From Ignavibacteriota bacterium (GTDB taxonomy: Bacteria; Bacteroidota; Ignavibacteria; UBA10030; UBA6906): a stretch of DNA of 64,000 bases. Where the stretch lies: contig CAWJKM010000002.1 of the NCBI GenBank assembly GCA_963843525.1, forward strand, positions 324,669 to 388,668. The letters are read 5' to 3'. Made by a program: the position numbers and the translations under genes. This document shows, one piece after another, positions 19,876 through 27,738 of the stretch. Under the pieces are notes generated by a model. The model made no database searches. It worked only from the letters and a program-made list of their open reading frames with translations, and was not told where the DNA came from. Every line of letters starts with the position of its first letter. Positions within the stretch are counted from its first letter, which is position 1.

Positions 19876-19906
19876 GCGCGCAAGAACGGGAGCGTAAACG
19901 AAACCC

Positions 19907-20653
19907 ATGGATACGCGGATCCAGGTCTTCCCGACGACCGCTGCATTGACCTATGGCGCCGCGGAAAAAATATCGGCTGTTCTGTCGGCCGCTCAAGTGA
20001 ACCGGGGGGTCGTCTCGCTGGCCCTGTCGGGAGGGTCAACTCCCCGGGCGGTCTATGAGCTTCTTGCATCGCCCGTCTACAGGAACAGGATCGACTGGCA
20101 GCATCTGCAGATCTTCTGGGGGGACGAACGGTGTGTTCCACCCGAATCGTCGGAGAGCAATTACCGGATGGGATACCAGGCTCTTCTCCGGCATGTTCCC
20201 GTCCCCTCCCGCCACATCCATCGAATTCGGGGGGAGCTTCCGCCCGCCGAAGCGGCCCGTGCATATGAAATAGAGCTGCATAATGCATTCGGGATTGCTC
20301 CCGCCGAAATTCCGCAACTCTCGCTTGTCCTCCTCGGCCTCGGCGACGACGGGCATACTGCCTCCCTCTTCCCCGGGTCCAGCGCTGCCCGTGAGTCGCG
20401 CCGCCTGGTTGCGGAAACATTTGTCGAGCGTTTGTCGACCTGGCGAGTGACCATGACGTACCCGTTGCTGAAAAATGCCGGGGCGATACTGTTTCTGGTG
20501 TCAGGCACCTCAAAATCGGAAATTGTCCGATCCGTTGTTCAGGAGTTGCGTCCGGAACTTCCCGCGTCGGCGTTCGTACGCTTTGCGGACACCGTGACGT
20601 GGTACCTTGATCACGATGCGGCATCCTCTCTCGACCAGGCGGAGAGCATATGA
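19907..20653 (+). CDS. pgl: 6-phosphogluconolactonase
   Basis: SGGSTP, WGDERCVP and LLGLGDDGHTASLFPG motifs of the DevB/Pgl family. Confidence 0.85.
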   Translation: MDTRIQVFPTTAALTYGAAEKISAVLSAAQVNRGVVSLALSGGSTPRAVYELLASPVYRNRIDWQHLQIFWGDERCVPPESSESNYRMGYQALLRHVPVPSRHIHRIRGELPPAEAARAYEIELHNAFGIAPAEIPQLSLVLLGLGDDGHTASLFPGSSAARESRRLVAETFVERLSTWRVTMTYPLLKNAGAILFLVSGTSKSEIVRSVVQELRPELPASAFVRFADTVTWYLDHDAASSLDQAESI

Positions 20654-21633
20654 TTCTTGCCGGAGATATCGGCGGTACGAAAACGAACCTTGCGCTTTTT
20701 GAAGTTCTCCAGGGGAAGCTGATGATGCGGGAAACACGGAGCTATCCGAGCCACGAATTCACCTCCCTGAGCGCTGTCCTTGAGTCCTTTCGGAAAGACT
20801 GTCCGGAGAAGTATACCGCTGCGGCATTCGGGATTGCAGGCCCGGTGGTGAATGGGCATTGCCACCTCACTAACCTCGGGTGGGAAATGGATGCCAAGGA
20901 TATTCAGACCCAGCTGGGTATTCGTGAAGTGGAGCTCATGAACGATCTTCAGGCGATGTCGTACGGGACGCTTCATCTTGGGGAAAACGAAAAGGTCCGG
21001 CTGCAGGAGGGCGAAGTGCAACTGCATGGTTCGATCGCGGTCATCGCGGCCGGCACCGGACTCGGTGAAGGTGCGCTGGTGTGGGATGGCCGGCAGTACC
21101 GCGCAATTGCGTCGGAAGGAGGTCATAGCGATTTCTCGCCGCGCAACGTGCTCGAGAGCGACCTCCTGAAGTTTCTCGCGGAGAAATTCGGGCACGTCAG
21201 CTGGGAACGCATTCTCTCCGGTCCCGGGATTTTCTCGCTCTATGAATTCTTCCGGAGAAGATCGGCAGATCCCGAGCCGACGTGGTTGAGGGATGCCATC
21301 CGGAGCGGCGATCCGGCCGCGGCCGTCTCCCGCGCAGGGATGGAGGGAAAAGACCGGGTCTGCTCCGATGCCCTTGATCTCTTTGTCTCCCTGTATGGCG
21401 CCGAAGCAGGGAACCTCGCGTTGAAGTTCCTCGGCAACGGCGGTGTATTCATTGGAGGAGGTATTGCGCCGAAGATCCTGGCGAAGATGCGATCAGGGCG
21501 GTTCATGGAAAGCTTTTCCGGGAAAGGCAGGTTCAACAGCATGCTGCAGCGGATCTCTGTGTCTGTTATACTGAACGACCGGATTGCATTGTTCGGGGCC
21601 GCGCACGTCGCTCAACTTCTTGCAGCGGATTGA
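20650..21633 (+). CDS. glk: Glucokinase (Glk family, non-ROK)
   Basis: N-terminus MILAGDIGGTKTNLALFE, plus GIAGPV...LTN and FIGGGIAPK. ATGA overlap with pgl. Confidence 0.85.
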   Translation: MILAGDIGGTKTNLALFEVLQGKLMMRETRSYPSHEFTSLSAVLESFRKDCPEKYTAAAFGIAGPVVNGHCHLTNLGWEMDAKDIQTQLGIREVELMNDLQAMSYGTLHLGENEKVRLQEGEVQLHGSIAVIAAGTGLGEGALVWDGRQYRAIASEGGHSDFSPRNVLESDLLKFLAEKFGHVSWERILSGPGIFSLYEFFRRRSADPEPTWLRDAIRSGDPAAAVSRAGMEGKDRVCSDALDLFVSLYGAEAGNLALKFLGNGGVFIGGGIAPKILAKMRSGRFMESFSGKGRFNSMLQRISVSVILNDRIALFGAAHVAQLLAAD

Positions 21634-21640
21634 GCGATCC

Positions 21641-23152
21641 ATGCCCACCCTTGGAGCAATCGATGTTGGTTCGAATGCCATCCGGCTCGCGATCGCCGAA
21701 GTCGGTCCCGACCGGGCCATTGCGGTCTCGTCCACCTTCCGCGAGGCCGTGCGTCTCGGGCAGGATGTCTTTACCCGCGGCGTCCTCGCTGAAGAGACCA
21801 TCGATGCGGCGGTGGCGGCATTCGGCCGGTTTCGCGAAATCGCCGCGCAACAGGGAGCGACCCGGATCCGTGCCGTGGCAACAAGCGCAGCACGGGAGGC
21901 GCTGAACCGCGATCTCTTTGTTGACAGGATCGCGGGATCGACCGGCATCGAAATCGAAATCATCAGTCCCGAAGAAGAAGCCCGCCTGATTCACCTCGCG
22001 GTGGCACACAAGATCAATCTGAAGAACAAACTTGCCTTGCTGATCGACATCGGCGGCGGTAGCACGGAGATCACGTTTGCCTCCGGGGAGACCATCCTGT
22101 CGGCGGAGAGTTTCCGGATCGGTGCCGTCCGGTTGCTGCAGGTCCTCGAGGAGAAGAAACGCGGCGAAACACAATTCCATGCCCTCCTCAGCGAATACAT
22201 GGAAGCGGTGCGGAAGAGAATCGCCCGGGATATCGGGTCCCGGACCTTTGATCTCTGCGTCGGCACGGGGGGCAATATCGAGACGCTGACCGATTTACGG
22301 ACACAGGTGCTCGGAAAGGACCGTGATGATATTCTCTTCGCCGATGAGCTCGATGATCTCCTCAAGCGGCTGAGGAGTCTGAGTTACGAAGAGCGGGTCG
22401 CCGAGCTCGGCCTCCGTCCTGATCGGGCCGACGTCATCGTCCCGGCCGCGCTCGCGTTTCGCACGATCTTGAAGGCGGCCCGTATCGACCAAGTCGCGGT
22501 CCCGAGGGTCGGACTCAAGGACGGCTTGCTGATCGACATGGTGGACGAGCTGTATGGAGAACGTCGAAGTGCACGACGGGATCAGGTTGTCGCGGCGGCG
22601 TTGCAGCTTGGACGGAAATACCAGTTCGACGAGCAGCATGCAATGACCGTAGCGCGGTACGCGGTGCAACTCTTCGACCAGATGAAGTCGATTCACAACC
22701 TGGGACTCGATCACCGGCTTCTCCTTGAAGTCGCCGCCATGCTTCACGATATCGGGTCATTTGTCAATGCCGCGGAACATCACAAACATGCCTATTACCT
22801 GCTCACGAATTCGCCGGTCGTCGGGCTCGGCCAGCCGCAAATGATGCTGGTGGCAAACATCGCCCGCTATCACCGGAAATCGATGCCAAAGGTCCAGCAC
22901 GATGGGTACCGGATCCTCTCGGCGAAAGACAGGGTCGTCGTGTCGAAACTCGCGGCACTGCTCCGTCTTGCCGACGCCATGGACAACGAACATGCCTCGC
23001 GAGTAACGGAGATCAGTGTCGAATTCAAGCGCCCGAAAGTCGCCATCCGGCTCAAGGGGACCGGCGATCTCCTCCTCGAAAAATGGGCTCTGGTAAAGAA
23101 GTCCGAAATGTTTGAGGAGGTATTCAGCGTCAAACTGGCCATCGAGGAGTGA
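21641..23152 (+). CDS. ppx: Exopolyphosphatase / guanosine pentaphosphate phosphohydrolase (Ppx/GppA) with C-terminal HD domain
   Basis: N-terminal ASKH-fold motifs GAIDVGSNAIRLAI, DIGGGSTE and LCVGTGGN. C-terminal HD region LHDIGSFVN...HHKHAYYL. Start ATG 21641 lies just after the glk stop; the ORF-track start is 21584. Confidence 0.85.
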   Translation: MPTLGAIDVGSNAIRLAIAEVGPDRAIAVSSTFREAVRLGQDVFTRGVLAEETIDAAVAAFGRFREIAAQQGATRIRAVATSAAREALNRDLFVDRIAGSTGIEIEIISPEEEARLIHLAVAHKINLKNKLALLIDIGGGSTEITFASGETILSAESFRIGAVRLLQVLEEKKRGETQFHALLSEYMEAVRKRIARDIGSRTFDLCVGTGGNIETLTDLRTQVLGKDRDDILFADELDDLLKRLRSLSYEERVAELGLRPDRADVIVPAALAFRTILKAARIDQVAVPRVGLKDGLLIDMVDELYGERRSARRDQVVAAALQLGRKYQFDEQHAMTVARYAVQLFDQMKSIHNLGLDHRLLLEVAAMLHDIGSFVNAAEHHKHAYYLLTNSPVVGLGQPQMMLVANIARYHRKSMPKVQHDGYRILSAKDRVVVSKLAALLRLADAMDNEHASRVTEISVEFKRPKVAIRLKGTGDLLLEKWALVKKSEMFEEVFSVKLAIEE

Positions 23153-23156
23153 TCGC

Positions 23157-24086
23157 GTGGCACGTCAGCCGCGAAGAAGGTCGAAGAACAACTTGCACGC
23201 CCGTCGTCGCGTTCGGAAGACCGGACCGCCGTCCGCGCTCCCGGTGCCGAGCCTCGTGCTCGCACGCGCGCTGCAGGAACGGACGCAGAAATTCGCTGTT
23301 CTTGCTGCTCAGCTTCCGTCGCACCGCTCGTCCGGAACGGTCCACGATCTCCGCGTCGCGACGCGGAGACTGATTGCCGCAATCGACCTTGTCCGGCCCG
23401 TGCTCTCACAGGTGCAGGTGGATCGGATGCGGCGCCGTTTGCGCCGCCTTCTGCGTTCCTTCGGTCCGTTGCGCGATCTCGAGATCCAAAAAGCACTTCT
23501 CGGGGAGCTCGTCCGCGATGCTCCCGCCCTTCGCCCCGTTCTCCGGCGACTCACCGCAGCGGAAAGACAGCTTCTGACCGCAAGCGTCACACGCATCCGG
23601 CAATTTGACCGGACCCACCTCGAACAGATCATCGCCGATGTCCTCGAACGACTCAGAACATTTGAAAGGATCCGGTCGGGAGAAATTGCCTTGCTTGCAT
23701 CGGCGCGGTCGGAGCGGGCACACTTCTTCCTCGATGTACTCCGGGCCCGATCCCAATTGGATCGCGACAATGTTCGATCGGTACACGCGCTGCGGATCGC
23801 GATGAAGAAGTTTCGCTACGCAACGGAAATCCTTGCGCCGTTCGAGGCCGGCATATCAAGGAGGGATCTCAAGGCGATGAATGCCTTGCAGCTCCTGCTT
23901 GGCGAGGTTCAGGATTGGACCATAACGATCGATTTTCTGGCGGGGAAACCGATCGCAGGCACAATCACGAAACCGGGGGCACTCATCGGTATCCTCGAAT
24001 CGGCTACCCTGCGCCGTACGTCGATTCTGGAGCGGGCGTTGCCGGCTGCGGAACAAATCCCGGCGTTCTGGGACGGGAGGGTGTGA
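23157..24086 (+). CDS. CHAD domain protein (polyphosphate-granule associated helical domain)
   Basis: VHDLRVATRRL...LGxLRDLEI and LRIAMKKFRYATE are CHAD signatures. GTG 23157 is the first start after the ppx stop; an alternative start 23112 overlaps ppx. Confidence 0.7.
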   Translation: MARQPRRRSKNNLHARRRVRKTGPPSALPVPSLVLARALQERTQKFAVLAAQLPSHRSSGTVHDLRVATRRLIAAIDLVRPVLSQVQVDRMRRRLRRLLRSFGPLRDLEIQKALLGELVRDAPALRPVLRRLTAAERQLLTASVTRIRQFDRTHLEQIIADVLERLRTFERIRSGEIALLASARSERAHFFLDVLRARSQLDRDNVRSVHALRIAMKKFRYATEILAPFEAGISRRDLKAMNALQLLLGEVQDWTITIDFLAGKPIAGTITKPGALIGILESATLRRTSILERALPAAEQIPAFWDGRV

Positions 24087-24580
24087 TGGAGCTCTTTCTT
24101 ATGAGGCATGGAATCGCCGGACCCGGCACCCCTCCGGCAATGGTCGACGAAGACCGCCGCCTTACCCCTGAAGGAAAGAGGAGAATCCGTCTCATTGCGA
24201 TGCGCCTGCGGTCATTGCGGATCACTTTCGATCTGATCCTGTCAAGTCCGCTCGTGCGGGCGAGACAAACGGCTGCGATCGTGGCAAAGGAACTCGGGAT
24301 GGACGCCGTCGAAACAACCCCAAGCCTTGCCCCTGACCGGTCTCCGGACGACATTCTCCGGTTTCTCCGTACCCTGACCCCTTGTCCTGATGCGCTGCTC
24401 CTCATCGGACATGAGCCCCTGTTGCATGAAAGCGCCTCTTTTCTTCTCTCCGGGAAAAAGGATCTGCAGATTGTGCTGAAGAAGGGAGGATTGATCAAAA
24501 TCGTCATGGAGCCTCCTTTCGAACCTCCAGGGGCGGCACTTGACCTGCTCCTGTCACCCAGGGTTCTTCTTCGAAAATAG
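24086..24580 (+). CDS. sixA: Phosphohistidine phosphatase SixA-like (histidine phosphatase superfamily)
   Basis: MELFLMRHGIA (RHG motif) and GHEP. About 165 aa. TGATG overlap with the CHAD gene. Confidence 0.8.
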   Translation: MELFLMRHGIAGPGTPPAMVDEDRRLTPEGKRRIRLIAMRLRSLRITFDLILSSPLVRARQTAAIVAKELGMDAVETTPSLAPDRSPDDILRFLRTLTPCPDALLLIGHEPLLHESASFLLSGKKDLQIVLKKGGLIKIVMEPPFEPPGAALDLLLSPRVLLRK

Positions 24581-24841
24581 CCCCCAAAAGACCTGGCTCA
24601 TCACAGGGCAGAATTCCCCCCTGCTCTCCATCATGTTCCCCCCGGGAACCCATTCTCCTCCCCAAGAAACTCTGCGACGAGGTTTCGATGTTCTTTACAG
24701 TACCTGCCAAAACGTTCGCGATTGAGAGTCGTGGGGGGGGCACGTCAAGGTGGGGGCAATGTTTCCACTACCTACCATGAACGGTAGCTAACGGTGTCTG
24801 GACATGCTGTCGTGTGACAACTCCTAGCGAAAGGGTGGATC

Positions 24842-27055
24842 ATGGGTACACTGCTACGATTTGGTGGGATTGTTTCTCTTCTCCTTTGTGCATACCTGCC
24901 GGGGGTGGGCCAACAGAAGGTGTCCTCCGCTGCGAGAACCCGTTCATGGACCGAGATGCTCAGAGCCGACGCTGTTCCGACTGTTCAGGCTTCTCAGAGG
25001 ATAATGATTCTTCCCCGCGGAACGCATCAACAATCGATCGGGCTTCCGGGCGTAAAAGGCGTCCTCCCCGGCCCCGTCATATTGGAGTCTCCTGCGGGAT
25101 CAAGCAATCCTCTTATGACCACACCGTTACCTGTTGTGGACTTCGATGGACTGCTGGATAACACGCACGTCATTCCTCCGGACACGTACGGGGGTGTCGG
25201 TCCGGATCACGTCGTCACCATGCTCAACAGTGAGGTGCAGATCCAAAACAAGAGCGGGACTGCACTGAGCAAGGTCAGCCTTTCGGCTTTCTGGTCGGGG
25301 GGCGTCGGGAGCTCTAATCTTTCCGATCCTCACGTGTTATACGACGCACTGAGCGGCAGGTGGTTCGCTTCGATCACGATAGACCCTGACACGGCCACGT
25401 CGAGGATCGGCGTGGCGATCAGCGCGAATAGCAACCCGTTGGGAAGCTGGCGGTTTCTGACCTACTTCTCGCCTGACACGACGATATTCCCCGACTACCC
25501 GACGCTGGGGTTTAACAATAAGTGGATCGTCGTCACGGCGAACATGTTCAAGACCACTGTGCATGGAGGAAGTGATCGGGGACCGGCCTTCTGGGCGATC
25601 GACAAGGCCGCCGCAATGCAGAGTTCGGGATCAGTCTCCGCTGTGCGATTCGATCCGGGGTACGATGGAAAGTACCCGGGGTTCACCGAGCAACCGATGA
25701 TTTGCTATACCCCTTGTGACACACTCTGGATGGTTCAATCCGGGAAGTGGTTGGACGGGTCGGCGCCGTTGATCAGGATTTCGAGTATTGCGGGACCAGT
25801 GGGTTCCCCCACCTTCAGCCTTTCAGCAGGCAGTCCCTTCCCCGGCACCGGCTTCTTCTACGTGCCGAACAATTTCCAACAACTTTCTAATGGGGCACCA
25901 CAACAAGGCAGCACGCATACGCTTGATAACGGAGATGCGCGTGCTCTCAGTGCGGTCTACCGAACCGGACGCCTTTGGTTCGTGCACAGCGGCGGCTTGC
26001 CTTCGTCCGGTACGGTGAATCGGACCGCGACGTTTTGGTATGAACTCGACCCGCGGTCAACTTCCCCGATTGTGCAGTCCGGAATAATCGATCCCGGCGC
26101 GAATTCGCATCTCCTGTACCCCTCGATCTCTGTGAATGCTCTGAATAGCGCCTGCATTGGATTTACCAGGACGGATGCGACCAGGTACGCGGAAGCGGCA
26201 TATGCCATCCGGCAGGCAGGTGACCTCGCCGGGACGACACAAGGAATCGCAGTGCTGCAGGCCGGTCAGGGTGTGTATTTCAAAACCTTCGGAGGGGGAC
26301 GCAACAGATGGGGAGATTTCAGCAACACCGTTGTGGATCCTTCCGATAGCTTGACCTTCTGGACCATTCAAGAATATGCGGGGACGCCGGTGGGGAATGT
26401 GGCGGTTGACGGGAGCGGGCGGTGGGCAACGCATTGGGGAAAGATTGTGGTGGACGTCCCGCTCGCGGTGCAGTTGACTGGTCTCAGCGGGACAATGAAG
26501 GCGGACGGAAGTGTCCGGATTGCGTGGACAACTGCCAGTGAAGTGGCCTGCTACGGCTTCAGGATTGAACGGAGTGCCATGGTGCCGGACAATTATCAGT
26601 CCCTTCCCGACGGCTTCGTCGCGGGACATGGAACGACTCTGGAGCTCCACACGTATTCCTTCGACGATTTTCCGGGGGCATCCGGGAAATATTTCTATCG
26701 CCTCACGGAGGTCGATCTTGATGGCTCGACGCATCCCTACGAGCCGATCTCTGTGGACGTGTTGACCGCGGTCCAGCAGAGCGACCTCCCCACGCAGACA
26801 TCGTTGCGCCAGAACTATCCCAATCCCTTCAACCCCTCAACCACAATTGAATACTCCCTTGCGAATGCGACCAGGGTAAAGCTGTCAGTCTATGATCTTG
26901 TCGGCCGGGAAGTTGCAGTGGTGGTCGAAGGGGTGATGCCGGCGGGGAATCATTCAGCCGTGTTTGCGCCGAAGGGGCTGTCGAGCGGGGTGTATTTTTA
27001 TCGATTCCGGGCGGGCACTTTCGTTGATATGAAACGTCTCGTCCTCGTAAAATAG
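24842..27055 (+). CDS. Secreted T9SS cargo protein of unknown function (beta-propeller-like body, FN3-like domain, T9SS CTD)
   Basis: Signal peptide MGTLLRFGGIVSLLLCAYLPG. RWGDFS...DP.D..FW-type repeats. FN3-like segment VRIAWTTASEVACYGFRIER. C-terminus [16 protein letters not shown]...VYDLVGREVAVV...GVYFYRF. Confidence 0.75.
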   Translation: MGTLLRFGGIVSLLLCAYLPGVGQQKVSSAARTRSWTEMLRADAVPTVQASQRIMILPRGTHQQSIGLPGVKGVLPGPVILESPAGSSNPLMTTPLPVVDFDGLLDNTHVIPPDTYGGVGPDHVVTMLNSEVQIQNKSGTALSKVSLSAFWSGGVGSSNLSDPHVLYDALSGRWFASITIDPDTATSRIGVAISANSNPLGSWRFLTYFSPDTTIFPDYPTLGFNNKWIVVTANMFKTTVHGGSDRGPAFWAIDKAAAMQSSGSVSAVRFDPGYDGKYPGFTEQPMICYTPCDTLWMVQSGKWLDGSAPLIRISSIAGPVGSPTFSLSAGSPFPGTGFFYVPNNFQQLSNGAPQQGSTHTLDNGDARALSAVYRTGRLWFVHSGGLPSSGTVNRTATFWYELDPRSTSPIVQSGIIDPGANSHLLYPSISVNALNSACIGFTRTDATRYAEAAYAIRQAGDLAGTTQGIAVLQAGQGVYFKTFGGGRNRWGDFSNTVVDPSDSLTFWTIQEYAGTPVGNVAVDGSGRWATHWGKIVVDVPLAVQLTGLSGTMKADGSVRIAWTTASEVACYGFRIERSAMVPDNYQSLPDGFVAGHGTTLELHTYSFDDFPGASGKYFYRLTEVDLDGSTHPYEPISVDVLTAVQQSDLPTQTSLRQNYPNPFNPSTTIEYSLANATRVKLSVYDLVGREVAVVVEGVMPAGNHSAVFAPKGLSSGVYFYRFRAGTFVDMKRLVLVK

Positions 27056-27076
27056 GGACATCGATTAGCCTCCGGC

Positions 27077-27108
27077 AAAAAAAAAGCCCGGCGACGTTCT
27101 CACCGGGC
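27077..27108 (-). terminator. Rho-independent terminator for the minus-strand DUF2914 gene
   Basis: Minus-strand read: gcccgg-(11 nt loop)-ccgggc followed by T9, which is the plus-strand A9 at 27077-27085. It lies 20 nt downstream of the stop at 27128. Confidence 0.6.
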
Positions 27109-27127
27109 TTCACGTTCGAGATGAGAG

Positions 27128-27556
27128 TTATTTGCCGGTCGATTCACCCACGGTGAAGTTCAATTGCTTCAGTTCATTCCCAGCCGCATCTGTCACGGAG
27201 ACCGTCCAGGGACCGGCCATCGCGGCCGTTTTGTACGCCCAGGTGTGGTAGGTCGGACCTCCGACTTTTAACATTGTCGGGTAGCTCATCTCCCCGTGTT
27301 TCCACGTTACGGTGACGCTGTCGGTCGGGCCACCTTTGAGTTCAAGCCAGAGATAGACTTTCTGACCGACTGCAAAGGTTTCCCCTTCACCGACGATCTG
27401 CCTGTTTTCCACAGCCGTTCCGAGCTTGGCCTCAGAAACCTCAAGTACCCCTTTCATTTTCTCCTGGGGTGCCTGTGAAGCCTTCTCTTGCGCCGTCGCC
27501 GTCGAAAAGGCGAGTACCAACGTAGTGAGTGCAAATCCTATGATGGTTCGTATCAT
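27128..27556 (-). CDS. DUF2914-family secreted small protein
   Basis: Signal MIRTIIGFALTTLVLAFSTATAQE with RBS AAAGGAGGA upstream. C-terminal beta-rich region (VYLWLELKGGPTDSVTVTW) resembles DUF2914. Confidence 0.6.
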   Translation of the reverse strand: MIRTIIGFALTTLVLAFSTATAQEKASQAPQEKMKGVLEVSEAKLGTAVENRQIVGEGETFAVGQKVYLWLELKGGPTDSVTVTWKHGEMSYPTMLKVGGPTYHTWAYKTAAMAGPWTVSVTDAAGNELKQLNFTVGESTGK

Positions 27557-27738
27557 GATGGTCCTCCTTTCGGAGAAAGAATGTAGCGATTTATCGTCAA
27601 ATAGCAAGTGGTAGGGCGGGATCTACGCCGGAGCCGGAGATGAGTGAAGAAGCTGTCGGAGAGGTGCGGCTTCGGTCAATATTCCTTATATTCAAGATCG
27701 TATCTTTTACAGGCAATCACCTCTTTCTCCAGCACTCC

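Noticed and set aside
19695-20624. 309-aa minus-strand ORF
   Set aside because: Antisense to pgl, which has clear catalytic motifs. R/P-rich.
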